A DNA stretch of 64,000 bases from Eledone cirrhosa (GCA_964016885.1 OZ024761.1:17112001-17176000); one strand, 5' to 3'; counted from the stretch's first letter, positions 26,638-40,427 are shown. Notes: generated from the letters alone by a model not told the origin. Numbers and translations: made by a program.

Positions 26638-27533
26638 CGAGGTGTGTCAGAAAAGTTCCAGGGCTGATGTCACAAAAGATTTATTTCAAACCCAAACTTC
26701 ACACTAAGAGTTTTCTCCTTCAAAGTAATCCCCCTGGAGTCTAATGCACTTTTCCATCCTTTTCTGCCATGCTTCCATGCACTCCTGGAAGGATTCTTCC
26801 GGGATCCTCTGCAGTTCCGTCGTCACGGCCTTTTTGATGTTACCCATGTCTTCAAAACGGGTCCCTCCGGGTCGTACTCGAAGATCCATGACTCATCACC
26901 GGTGATGACTGTCCCTAGCAAGTCTGGTTCGGTTTCAAGACGCTCGAGGATGTCCTGGCATATTTGCATGCGTCGACCCTTCTGGTCATCGTTCAGCAGT
27001 TTTGGCACCATCTTCGCGCAGACTTTCCGCATGTCCAAATCTTCACAGTAAGAATCTTCCAGACGCTGTCCTGATTCATGCCCAGTTCATTTGCCATCAG
27101 TCGAACAGTCAGCCGACGATCACTACGCACCATCTGCCTGACGCGCTCAACGTTGACCTCAGTCCTGGTTGTAGAGGGCCTTCTGCTCCTGGGGTTATCT
27201 TCCACGTCCTTGCGTCTTTTTTAAACCACTTGCACCAGTCAAAAACACATGAGCGTGACATCGTCTCATCTCCATACACTTGCTGCAGCAATCCCAGTGC
27301 TTCTGACGGAGTTTTCAAGTTTGTTCGTTGCTCTGTGCTCATTACTTGAAGACCCGAAACAGAGGACATGTATATAAAATTATGAAGAAAAAAGTTTGAT
27401 CACTGCAGAGAGCTAAGATAACAGTTACATACTCCAGGGGGATTACTTTGAAGGAGAAAACTCTTAGTGTGAAGTTTGGGTTTGAAATAAATCTTTTATG
27501 ACATCAGTCCTGGAACTTTTCTGACACACCTCA
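26638..27533 (-). mobile_element. Mariner (Tc1/mariner) transposon relic with ~103-bp TIRs and internal deletion
   Basis: HTH VYGDETMSRS, RKVCAKMVPK, VITGDESWIFEYDPE, KCIRLQGDYFE; TA at left; IRs 26638-26740 and 27431-27533. Confidence 0.93.
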
Positions 27534-27999
27534 CATGGATACATACATAGCCTCTCCATACACACACAAATACATGGTGATTGATGATTCATTTCATAAT
27601 ATTGCCACCTCTTCAAAAGCCATCAATAAGTACCTGACTATGGTCACGTATGTGGCTCTTAAGACCGACCCGAGCCGCATGTTTTCTCACAAATACCATA
27701 CTTAAAACAAATATAATTATCTGACCTCCATGACAAAAGATCAACTCAGTCAGCCTGTGTCTCGCCAACCACATGTGATTTTTGGTGATTAATGAGACGA
27801 GTTCTAGAAAGGAAGACTCTTTCACACATATTATATCTAAATTTAGGACTGAAATCTTCTTACGCAGTAATACAGAGGTCCCAACTTCCCATGGGCACAA
27901 GCCGAAGCTGAATCATATATATAGTATGTAGCACTCCACCCCACCCACTCCTATACATCCCCCATGAGGACAAGCTGAAGTATAGATCCAGTGAAGCCT

Positions 28000-28790
28000 C
28001 CAGCCCACACTGTATAGTGGTTGTGTAGGTGTCATGACAAAAAGCACCCAGTCCACACTGTATAGTGGTCATGTAGGTGTCACAGCAAAAAGCACACAGT
28101 CGACACTGTAAAGTGGTCATGTAGGTGTCACAGCAAAAAGCACACAGCCCACACTGTAAAGTGGTCATGTAGATGTCACAGCAAAAAGCACACAGTCGAC
28201 ACTGTAAAGTGGTCATGTAGGTGTCACAGCAAAAAGCACACAGCCCACACTGTATAGTGGTTGTGTAGGTGTCATGACAAAAAGCACCCAGTCCACACTG
28301 TAAAGTGGTCATGTAGGTGTCACAGCAAAAACCACACAGCCCACACTGTAAAGTGGTTGTGTAGGTGTCATGACAAAAAGCACCCAGTCCACACTGTAAA
28401 GTGGTCATGTAGGTGTCACAGCAAAAAGCACACAGCCCACACTGTATAGTGGTTGTGTAGGTGTCATGACAAAAAGCACCCAGTCCACACTGTAAAGTGG
28501 TCCTGTAGGTGTCACAGCAAAAAGCACACAGCCCACACTGTATAGTGGTTGTGTAGGTGTCATGACAAAAAGCACCCAGTCCACACTGTATAGTGGTTGT
28601 GTAGGTGTCACAGCAAAAAGCACCCAGTCCACACTGTATAGTGGTCATGTAGGTGTCACAGCAAAAAGCACCCAGTCCACACTGTAAAGTGGTTGTGTAG
28701 GTGTCACAGCAAAAAGCACACAGTCCACACTGTATAGTGGTTGTGTAGGTGTCACAGCAAAAAGCACCTAGCACTCACTCTGAATGAGGT
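28000..28790. repeat. 48-bp minisatellite inside a SINE-like element
   Basis: 16-aa periodic ORF; followed by the SINE motif ggcatccagctgtagaaa and tail. Confidence 0.93.
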
Positions 28791-29289
28791 TGGCATTAAG
28801 AAGGGCATCCAGCTGTAGAAACTAAGCCCAAATCAGTTCTGTATGAGGAAGACATGGTCACCTGACCTGTCATTGCTCACAACAGGATAACTCGTCTAAC
28901 CCATGCCAGCATGGAAAAATGGATGTTAAACAGTGATCATCATCATCATCATCATCACCGTTTTACGTCCGTTCTTCCACGCTAGCATGGGTTAGACGGG
29001 TTGTCCTGTTGTGTGCAGTGTCTGGTCGGCTGACCATGCCTTGCTCATACAGGAACTGATCTGGCTTGATTTCTACAGCTGGATGCCCTTCCTAACACCA
29101 ACCTCATTTACAGTGAGTGCTGGGTGCTTTTTCGTGGCGCCTCCACGACCACCTTGCGGTGGGGGGTGTGGGGGCATATTGTTTATATGCTTCAGCATGT
29201 ACCCATGGGAGGTCGGGTACTCTGTATTACTGCGTGACGCCAGAAGTCACGGTCGTGTGTCATTGTCTTTGAGAGGTGTAATTGGGTAA

Positions 29290-30212
29290 GGTCGGCTTTT
29301 ATCACCTCATCCCAGGTCATCTTGGGTCACCCCACTCCGCAGTTTCCATCGACTTCTAGTGCTCTGCACCTTTTTATGCAGCTGTCATCCTTCATACGCA
29401 TACCAGCGCAACTGCCTCTCCTGCACACAGCATTTGATTCCTCTTATGCTCAGTCTCTCTCTCAATTCATTTATGCTTTGTCGTTCACGTATATTACTGT
29501 TACACATCCATCGGAGCATGCAGGCTTCGTTTCTCTCTAATCTACGTAAGTCTTCCACCTTCAGCGCCCAGGTCTCACTACCATGCAACATCGCTGTTCG
29601 GATACACGCATCATACAGTCTGCCTTTCATTCTGAGGGAGAAGCCTTTTGCAGCTAGCAGTGGTAGTAGTTCCCTAAACTTCTTCCATCCCGTTCTTACC
29701 CTAGTTATTGTACTTTCTGAACACCCACCTCCGTTGCTAATTCGGTCACCTAGGTAGCAGAAGCTGTCTACTGTTTCTACAGGGCCCTCCCAGAGATTGG
29801 TGGTACTTGTTTCCTGTGGCTGTTTGCTGCTTGCTGTTTCAGCACAGCTGCTGCATGTGAATCCTACATTCTTAATTAAGCTTCCTGAGATCCCGCTACA
29901 TCTCTTGTGTACCCATTGTTTGCATTTGGGGCAGAGAATGGAGTTCCTACCTACACCTTTCCTACATGCTGAGCAAGGCCATTTCCCCGAGGGGATCTGG
30001 GTTCTGTTTTCTCGTCTACTTACAAGGACCTTAGTCTTGGTCATGTTGACTTTGAGACCCTTTCTCTCTAGTCCCTGCTTCCAGGTTTGGAATTTATTCT
30101 CTAGTTCTACCATAGATTCAGCTATGAGTGCGAGGTCATCAGCATACAGGAGTTCCCATGGGCATCCGGTCTTAAACTCCTCCGTTATTGCCTGCAGGAC
30201 TATGATGAACAG
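29290..30212 (-). mobile_element. RTE-clade LINE 3' fragment (RT end, PHD finger, C-terminus)
   Basis: LLYADDL, LKVNMTKTK, C4HC3 finger, FCYLG, GWKKFREL, LHGSETW, QLRWY. Confidence 0.93.
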
Positions 30213-30679
30213 GATGATGATGATATATACACAGATATTTCATACAATATATATGATCAACACAATAAAAGCTTGCCAAACAAGGGGTTAGGAGGATCCT
30301 TCAGTTTGTGTCAAAAGACACAACAACTTCACCTCTGCACTCGATAAGCCTCTACGTAAGCCGGATGCAGACCCCCTTGACCTGTCATATACTACAAAAT
30401 GTGTGTGCGTCAACACAAATGACCATAATAAAAGTTGTCAATCCTTATAAATAATAGTGAACATCGGGTCAATTATCTCTGGAGGCAGAAAAATGGAAAA
30501 AAATGGAAAAATGGAAAAAAATGGAAAAAAAAAATACAATACGGTGCCCCAGCATGGCCTCAGCCGGATGGCTGAAACAGGTAAAAGAGTAAAAGAGTAA
30601 TAGTGGTAGTGGCAGCTGATTAAGTATTATTGTGGTCACGTGTTGGGATGCACAAATTTCAAATTATATGAACGAGTCA

Positions 30680-31815
30680 AGACAAAAGCACCCAGTCCAC
30701 ATTGTAATGTGGTTGTGTAGGGGTGATGACAAAAAGTGCCCAGTCTCTACTGTAAAGTGGTCGTGTCGGTGACAACAAAAAATGCCCAGTCCGTACTGTA
30801 AAATCGTCGTGTAGGTGACATGACAAAAAGCACCCAGTCTACGCTGTAAAATGGTCGTGTAGGTGACATGACAAAAAGCACCCAGTCTATGCTGTAAAAT
30901 GGTCCTGTAGGTGACATGACAAAAAGCACCCAGTCTACGCTGTAAAATGGTTCTGTAGGTGACATGACAAAAAGCACCCAGTCTACGCTGTAAAATGGTT
31001 CTGTAGGTGACATGACAAAAAGCACCCAGTCTATGCTGTAAAATGGTCATGTAGGTGACATGACAAAAAGCATCCAGTCCCTACTGTAAAGTGGTCCTGT
31101 AGGTGACATGACAAAAAGCACCCAGTCTACGCTGTAAAATGGTTCTGTAGGTGACATGACAAAAAGCACCCAGTCTATGCTGTAAAATGGTCCTGTAGGT
31201 GACATGACAAAAAGCATCCAGTCCCTACTGTAAAGTGGTCCTGTAGGTGACATGACAAAAAGCACCCAGTCTACGCTGTAAAATGGTTCTGTAGGTGACA
31301 TGACAAAAAGCACCCAGTCTATGCTGTAAAATGGTCATGTAGGTGACATGACAAAAAGCATCCAGTCCCTACTGTAAAGTGGTCCTGTAGGTGACATGAC
31401 AAAAAGCACCCAGTCTATGCTGTAAAGTGGTTCTGTAGGTGAGATGACAAAAAGCACCCAGTCTATGCTGTAAAGTGGTTCTGTAGGTGAGATGACAAAA
31501 AGCACCCAGTCTATGCTGTAAAGTGGTTCTGTAGGTGACATGACAAAAAGCATCCAGTCCCTACTGTAAAGTGGTTCTGTAGGTGACATGACAAAAAGCA
31601 TCCAGTCCCTACTGTAAAGTGGTTCTGTAGGTGACATGACAAAAAGCACCCAGTCTATGCTGTAAAGTGGTTCTGTAGGTGACATGACAAAAAGCATCCA
31701 GTCCCTACTGTAAAGTGGTCCTGTAGGTGACATGACAAAAAGCACCCAGTCTATGCTGTAAAGTGGTTCTGTAGGTGAGATGACAAAAAGCACTCAGTAC
31801 ACACTGTAAATGTGG
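30680..31815. repeat. 48-bp minisatellite inside a SINE-like element
   Basis: gtaggtgacatgacaaaaagcacccagtctatgctgtaaa.tgg.tct units followed by SINE tail. Confidence 0.93.
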
Positions 31816-32076
31816 TTGGCGTTAGGAAGGGCAACCAGCTGTAGAAACCAAACCAAAATCAGCCCCGAGTGAGCTAAACAGGGTCCTCTGACCTGATTCT
31901 CTCCCAAAGGGTCAGCCAATCCTAACATACTAGCGTGGAAAATGGACATAAAACGACGATGATGATGATGATGATATGAAATATGAATTATTAGATATCA
32001 AAATATGAAATGTGAAATGCTAAAATATCAAAATATGGAATATGAAATATTTGTAAGAAAGATACATTAAACTCAC

Positions 32077-32097
32077 TGTGGGACTGTGAACTTCCAT
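32077..32097 (-). CDS. SLC6 putative first coding exon (MEVHSPT)
   Basis: ATG at 32097 followed by GTGAGT donor; phase 0 matches the next exon; short, so tentative. Confidence 0.55.
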
Positions 32098-32971
32098 AAC
32101 ACCTGGCTGTGTTTTGCTGTCGCAACAAATTGGCACACAGTGCACCACTCGCGGATGTAGTAGTGGTGGTAGTGGTAGTAGTAGTGGTGGTGGTGGTGGT
32201 AGTGAAAGTAGTAGTAGTAGTGGTGGTATAAATAATAATACATGATAATGTTTAATTATATAATCTATAAGTACTATTTCCTCACTTTTGTTGTTGTTAT
32301 TACTGTTATTGTTGTTGTTGTTACTGTTATTGCTGTTGTTGTTATTGTTGCTCTTATTGTTGTTGTTCTTCTTCCATTATGACCTTTGAACTCTCCCAAC
32401 AGGACATAATAAAGTTTTTACCTGTCTTTATTTTATTTTTATTTTTTACTTTACCATAACATACATTTTAGTGTTATATTTGTGTGCGTTTCTGATGTGT
32501 ATCTTGTGTGTGTTTGTGTTCATATTTGTATGTGTATAAGTATTAACCTTTTAGTATTTACATCACTCTATATGTACTATTATATTATCCCGCCGACGAG
32601 GTTAACTTTGCCTTTCATCCTTATGGGGTCGATAAAATAAAGTACCAGTCACGCACTGGGGTCGATTTAATCGACTTTCCCCTCCCCCCAAATTACTGGC
32701 CTTGTGCCTATATAAGAAACAATTATATTTTCAAAGTAAAGAAAGTAAAAACTTTACATTTACTTTACAAAGTAAAGACTTTACCTCACAAAATTATCTC
32801 ACATAATATCGAATCTATGAGATTTTGATATTATTTATTTTGAGAACAATACATCAATATGAGTGGCTAGTTATGTCCAGTTTGAAGAAAAAGAGCTGCA
32901 AGAGTTCTGGCTGGATATGGCCGGTTTAAATGCTAAAGGGTTAATGTTTTACAGTTTACCAATTTCATGAA

Positions 32972-34007
32972 CAGGGGCATAGGCCTTTGAATTACACAGC
33001 CTATTCAAGAGGTCAAGCCATGTGGGACAATGTTAAGAATGCCAGACATTATAGCCTAGGTTAATCAACGAAACTGAAATTCATAAACAAGCCTGTCGTT
33101 AATATTAAAATATTCAATCACTGTTTTGCTGGTTTCAGAAATTAGACTGTGGCCATCAATCAAACATCAATCAATAAAATAATATATCAGACTTGGACTC
33201 TCCAACAAAAACGTACTTGGGGTAATGATATGATTGACAAAATCCCTTCCATACAGTACCCCAACATGGCCACCGTCTAATTTCTGAAACCAGTAAAATA
33301 AGTAGCCCCAACATGGCCACAGTCTAATTTCTGAAACCAGTAAAATAAGTAGCCCCAGCATGGCCACAGTCTAATTTCTGAAACCAGTAAAATAAGTAGC
33401 CCCAGCATGGCCAGTCTAATTTCTGAAACCAGTAAAATAAGTAGCCCCAGCATGGCCACAGTCTAATTTCTGAAACCAGTAAAATAAGTAGCCCCAGCAT
33501 GGCCAGTCTAATTTCTGAAACCAGTAAAATAAGTAGCCCCAGCATGGCCACAGTCTAATTTCTGAAACCAGTAAAATAAGTAGCCCCAGCATGGCCACAG
33601 TTTAATTTCTGAAACCAGTAAAATAAGTAGCCCCAGCATGGCCACAGTCTAATTTCTGAAACCAGTAAAATAAGTAGCCCCAGCATGGCCACAGTCTAAT
33701 TTCTGAAACCAGTAAAATAAGAAGCCCCAGCACGACCACAGTCTAATTTCTGAAACCAGTAAAATAAGAAGCCCCAGCATGGCCACAGTCTAATTTCTGA
33801 AACCAGCAAAACAGTGAAAGTGTAAACATATCAAATTTATGTACAGAGATTCAGGTCTTGATTGAATATTTTAATATTAACGACAGGCGTGTTTATGAAT
33901 TTGTGTTTCGTTGATTAACCTAGGTTATAATGTCTGGCATTCTTAACATTGTCCCACATGGCTTGACCTCTTGAATAGACTGTGTAATTCAAAGATCTAT
34001 GCCCCTG
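32972..34007. mobile_element. Foldback-like element: ~150-bp inverted termini enclosing a 47-bp tandem array
   Basis: 32972-33120 is the reverse complement of 33859-34007; CAGGGG termini. Confidence 0.75.
33256..33812. repeat. 47-bp tandem repeat, ~12 copies
   Basis: gtagccccagcatggccacagtctaatttctgaaaccagtaaaataa. Confidence 0.95.
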
Positions 34008-34218
34008 ACACACACACACATATACAGACATAAACATACACACATACATACACATTCTGAGTTTATCAGGTGTTGATTATGTTGTATAGATTACACTAAG
34101 AGGACACAAGTGTTTGTTATTAGTTCTCTGTCCAGGCAGAATTGTTAGAGTATTGTATGGTGGGACAGTTTCACGGCTGGGTGGTTGTATGGTTGGATGG
34201 TTTGGATAAACTAGTTAT

Positions 34219-34650
34219 CAAACATGTACAACATCTGATTTCAGATCAAGTCACTTACCAAACATGTACAACATCTGATCTCAGATCAAGTCACTTACCA
34301 AACATGTACATCTGATTTCAGATCAAGTCATTTACCAAACAAGCACAACACCTAATCTTAAATCAAATCACTTACCAAACATGTACAACTCCTGATCTCA
34401 GATCAAGTCACTTACCAAACATGTACAACACCTGATCTCAGATCAAGTCATTTACCAAACAAGCACAACACCTGATCTTAAATCAAGTCACTTACCAAAC
34501 AGGTACAACTCCTGATCTTAGATCAAGTCACTTACCAAACATGTACAACTCCTGATCTCAGATCAAGTCATTTACCAAACAGGTACAACACCTGACCTCA
34601 GATCAGCTCATTTACTATACAACAAATGAACTCAGATCAAGTCTCTTGCC
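34219..34650. repeat. 40-bp tandem repeat
   Basis: aaacatgtacaacatctgatctcagatcaagtcacttacc units. Confidence 0.9.
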
Positions 34651-35435
34651 AAAACAAATTCAGCACCAAAATACATTTTAAATGTAATCTTTTAAATTAA
34701 ATTGTTTATTTACAAATTATTGCACAGCATTTAGTGAAGATAAAGCCATTATTAGCATCAGATGGATGATATAGCAGTGTCTGTTGTGGTTTACCATGGA
34801 ACTTTAGTAGGGATGGCAGTTCTTGGAAAAGAGAGCTCACCAAAGCTCATCAAAACTGGAGGTGAACATATGCTGTTGAAGTTTGCAAGTAAAGTTTGTG
34901 CATTTGTTGTGCCATCATCTCCACCACCAGCATCATCATCCTCACCAACACCATCATGATTGTCATCACCATCACATTCACTACCACCTCAAGAAGAAGA
35001 AGAAGATGAAGACAAAAGAGGAAAACAGAAGATAGAAGAAGACAGAGGAAGACAGGAGACAAGTAAAAGAAGCATCTTTTCATTCACATTTCACAATTTC
35101 ATATCCTGTTCTAACCCCTTCCATATCACTCTGTCTGTAATCAGCACCTGTCCATTTTAAAGTGTTCAAATCTACTTCAAAACCTTCCTTAATTAAGTTA
35201 TGTTACAAACACAAGTGAATAAAAAATGTTATTTTGATTTTACTAAATCCATCCAAAATTTGTGAATTTTTTTCAAAATTATGTAAAAGACAGGTGCACT
35301 GTGTATTTTGGTAAAAATATGACCAGGAAATGGTTAAAACTACATCCCTGGTGTTGTTTGATTTGTCATGTGCTTTTGTGTTAATTTATTGAGCAAAGGG
35401 ATTGTGAGCTATCATTGAAACTGGCCTGGTTCTCT

Positions 35436-35496
35436 TTATAATTCGCCTGGTTCACCATTCCACTGACATTTCATATATAGTTCTACTTGGGATTTC
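35436..35496 (-). CDS. Ankyrin gene putative terminal exon (GKSQVELYMKCQWNGEPGEL*)
   Basis: Polypyrimidine acceptor, phase 2 fits, TAA then AATAAA at 35385-35390. Confidence 0.6.
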
Positions 35497-35911
35497 CTGA
35501 AGAAAGGAAAAAAATAACAGAAGAGTTTTGCTTCACTATTATTATTTGAACAGGAGAGAAGGGCAGTGCACATAACTCTTTATGGGGGCTTCAAGATTGA
35601 TGGGATGGATGGAAGGAGGGAGAGAGAAAAGTATGCTCAGATTTCTAAATCTTGATCATATCTTAATTTAAAAGGATTTTCAATCAAGCCTATATAATTG
35701 TCAGAGATTGAATCATTTGACACAATTGTTTAAGGGACACACCGACAGAGAGACAAGGGAAGGAGGAAAGAGAGAGAGTGAGAGAGAGAGAGAGAGAGAG
35801 AGCGAGAGGGAGAGAGAGAGAACATGATTATTTACATAGGCCTAAAGCTCATGTAACAGTATAAGTAGAATGTGTTATAATTAAATGTTCCAGGGAACAA
35901 CTCATACTGAC

Positions 35912-36059
35912 CCTTTAGGTAGAGGTAAGGGTAGACTTGATCTATGTGTTTGGATTTGTCTTGACGGGAACAGGTTTTCTGAAGAATCAGCTGAAAGACG
36001 CCGTTTGTCAACTTCTTGTGTCTCCTTCTTGCAAATGGGACACATGATTTCGTTGTTGA
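35912..36059 (-). CDS. Ankyrin gene exon 8 (VNNEIMCPICKKETQEVDKRR...LPLPK)
   Basis: Strong ttttcag acceptor, gtcagt donor, phase 1-2, open frame. Confidence 0.75.
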
Positions 36060-36077
36060 CTGAAAATATATAGAAAT

Positions 36078-36278
36078 ATGAAGGTCGGGCTGAAACGTTC
36101 ATAGGCTGACTATGAAGGAGTGATGCTAGAGCTGTGAAATCTCGCATGCATTGATTTCAACTCTTCTTCTTAATAAGTGCATTGTTCTCTTTCCAGGGAC
36201 TATGTTGAAAAGTAAACCTCATTCGGTCATTCCATGAGAGTATCTTGGTCAGCCTATGAACTTTAAAGTCGACTCTCA

Positions 36279-36349
<71 letters not shown>

Positions 36350-36562
36350 CACACACATATACGTACATACATATATATATACAAGGGTAGCCTGAACACT
36401 CCATAGGCTGACTATGAAGGAGTGACGCTAGAGCTGTGAAATCTCGCATGCATTGATTTCAACTCTTCTTATTAATAAGTGCATTGTTGGAAAATAAACC
36501 TCATTTGGTCAATCCATGAGAGTATCTTGGTCAGCCTATGAACTATTCAGCCAACTGTCGTA
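36078..36562. mobile_element. Two adjacent mariner-type MITEs (~190 bp); related copies at ~9520-9930 and 41972-42174
   Basis: TIR-like ta.gagggt.ggctgaa.agttcataggctgac / gtcagcctatgaact..cagc.aac..tcgta. Confidence 0.75.
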
Positions 36563-38120
36563 CTTGAGTTTTGACCTGGTCAGTGAAGACCTGGACAACC
36601 CATATTAGAAGAGAAAATGGACATTGCACGATGATGATGATGATGATGTGGCTAAGTATTCCACAGACATGAGTACTCATAACTAGATTCTCAGGGAGAT
36701 TCGGCATGATGCAGTGTGTGACATAACTGACTGAACTTTTGAATTACATCTTGTATTATAGAATATGTGGCTGAGTATTCCACAGACATATACAGTCCAT
36801 CATGTATTATAGTGTGTGTCTGAGCATTCCACAGACACGTGTACCTTTAACGTAATTCTCAGGGAGATTCAGTGCCTGACTCACTGAATTACAGATACAG
36901 TCTATCTTGTATTTTAGAAAATGTGGCTGAGTATTCCATAGACATGTGTACCTTTAACATAGTACTCAGGGAGATTCAGAATGATGTAGTGTATGACAAT
37001 GTTGCACCTTTGAATTACATGTACAGTCCATCTTGTATAAGATTGTAAGTGGCTGAGCATTCCACAGACATGTGTACCTTTAACGTAGTTCTCAGGGAGA
37101 TTCAGCAAGACACAGTGTGTGAGAAGACTGGATGTTTCAACTACAGGTAAAGTCCGTTTGGCAGGCTTCCACACAGTTTCTGTCTCCCCAAGGCTTAAGT
37201 ACACTTGTCCAAGATGTTAATCAATTGATTACTTACTTGTACTTATGGCAGCATTCACCCAGGGTGAGTTGAGCCAGCTCCATCAAAGGAATTCATAGTG
37301 TAAGCTTGTTTCAATGGAGTTTCTTTGAGTGATTGGTTTCACAAGCGGTGCCCAGACGCAAGTATATGCACTTTAGGATAGTGCAATCCAAGCATTGCAT
37401 TGGTTATAGTGCCAAGCTCTTGTTTTCACACCCAACCCAATTTGGTGGAGCCAGTGCCGTGATGGGGAAGCATGGGCAGAGGGAGTTTGGTCGGCAGAGG
37501 TGATAAACACAACCAATTTGAGCCATCTTGTAGGTCAGCAGGAGTTCACCCCCACTGCTCAGCTCAAACATACCGACCCTTGTCACCACACATGGGAGGG
37601 CGTTTGGCTAGCAGAGGTGACAAACACAACCAATTTGAGCCATTTTGTAGGTCAGCAGGAGTTCACCCCCACTGCTCAGCTCAAACATACCAACCCAAGA
37701 TGTCACACAATAGGATTGAACGCGAGGCTTCATGATTGCAAAGTGAACCTCTGAACCACTTGGCCTGGCTGCGTATGGGAATAAACAGGCTGACTAAAGA
37801 ATACAAATCTTTGATAAACCAAAGTTTGTTTGAAATAGTTCAGTTGCCAGACGTAGAACACACAGAGTAAGGGTGGATCATATTAAGATAAGACATTACC
37901 TCTTAGAATATATGTGTGCGAGAGTATGTGTTTGTGTGTGTGCATGTGTATGGATGGGTGGGTGTGAATATATGTATATATATGCGTGAATGTATGTGTA
38001 TATATTTATGAGTAAGTGTAAGTATGTATATAACCCGTGCTAGCCTAAAAACAATGGGAAAACAATGATGATTAGAGACATATATACAAACACATACGCA
38101 CACACACATATATATATATA

Positions 38121-39300
38121 CTAGCAGAATGGCCCGGCGTTGCTCGGGATTCTAAACATAGATTGGCATGTTTATATTACTTATAAAACATTATAGCAAG
38201 AATATAAATAATTGTTTCTACGTTAGGCACAAGACCAGCAATTACCCCAGTGCATTACTGGTACTTTATTTTATCGACCCCCGTAAGGATGAAAGGCAAA
38301 GTTAACCTCGGCGGGATTTGCCAATTCACCGCAATAGCAGAGAATATGCAATGAATGTAAGACAATTATGTAGTGAGAGTATACATATAGGTGTTATATG
38401 TTATAAGTATTATAAGATATATAAGGGTGGTGGATTGGCAGTATCGGTAGAGGATCGGACGCCATGCTTTGCAGCACAGTTACGTCCCTTTACGGACTAA
38501 GCTCAAATCCTGCCTTGATTAACTTCGCCTTTCATCCTTACGGGGTCGATAAACTAAAGTACAAGTAATGTACTGGGTAATTGCAGGCCTTGTGCCAAAA
38601 GTAGAAACAATTATAAGATATATTAGTTTTAGGCGAAAAGATTTAGGTGAAAAGTTTTATAATGTTTGTCATAAAGTTTATGTAGAAAATGGTGATATCT
38701 ATAGTTGTGAAGTGTTATTTCTGCTCTGTAGTATATCTGATATTTTACATTGAGCTAATAATCTTATGGGTAATCAGGTAAAACACAATATTACCCATAT
38801 CTTATTTATAATTATATATATATATATTATATATATTATATATATATAATATATATATATATTATATATATAAGTATAACTATCTTTACACTAAATTAAT
38901 TAAAGTTGGTTAGAAGCGAAGTCAATGCAGACAGGCAGACAGACAGATATTATAAGCGTGTGACGTTATAGCTATGTATCTAATGCAGACAGCCAGACAT
39001 ACAGAGACATATTGTAAGGGCGCGACGTTATAGCTATGTATCTATCTAAAAAGAAAGACTAAGAAAGAGCGAGGAATGTCGTATAACTGGAAGTGTTGAC
39101 ATTTGAAAATTTTAAAGAAGTGAATATTTAAATAAACGATAAAATATCTTTAATCTTTTAACGAAATTTAGAAGACAAAAATACCCTCACTTTCTTACTT
39201 GGAAAAAGTTACATCTATGGTGCAAATTTGATGCTTTTTGGTCCAGCCGTTTGGCGAAAAGTTTGTTACATACATATGGCCGTCAGCTTAATAATATAGA
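38121..39300 (-). mobile_element. Non-autonomous Helitron-like element with nested SINEs
   Basis: Minus strand starts TC (TCTATATTAT), ends with a cccgagcaacgccggg hairpin and CTAG, inserted between A and T. Confidence 0.7.
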
Positions 39301-39352
39301 TATATACATATGTATGTATGTATCAATTAGTTTAATACTTTGTGTGTGTGTG

Positions 39353-39401
<49 letters not shown>

Positions 39402-39452
39402 TTATATATATATTTATACATATGCATGTATCAAAACATTACTATTTAACAC

Positions 39453-39897
<445 letters not shown>

Positions 39898-40396
39898 TAC
39901 CCATAAGATTATTAGCTCAATGTAAAATATCAGATATACTACAGAGCAGAAATAACACTTCACAACTATAGATATCACCATTTTCTACATAAACTTTATG
40001 ACAAACACACTTAGAGATTATGACATAACTTAACATGCCCCACCCTTACATTGTGCATTAACCAACACATCCTGGAGTTCAGAATCCACCAATTAGAAAA
40101 CAGATAGCCTTATACCATATGAAAACTAAAGGAAGAAAAAAATCAATTGCTGAATCATATGTCCACTGAACTTTTGCAAACGTGGAAGTATATGCCTGCA
40201 GCATATCAGCTCCTTCACATCATTTTGTTAACAATTGATGACGTCACACAAGTGCCTGTTGCTGTTGTAACAACTGCACACTGGTGTCACTGAAATACGT
40301 ATTATGCAATAAATATGATTATGTACCATCTGTCTTAACATTAATTCATACACACACATACACATACATATATAAACATACATACATACATATATT

Positions 40397-40427
<31 letters not shown>

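Larger units (their letters stand above)
650..32097 (-). other. Gene span: SLC6 (NSS) Na+/Cl- dependent amino-acid transporter, glycine/proline transporter-like; 12 exons visible, 3' end beyond the left edge
   Basis: Exons splice in frame via GT-AG junctions and give SLC6 motifs [58 protein letters not shown]. Confidence 0.95.

Noticed and set aside
27860-28774. Cys-rich 304-aa ORF resembling a metallothionein or keratin-associated protein
   Set aside because: 48-bp SINE-internal tandem repeat
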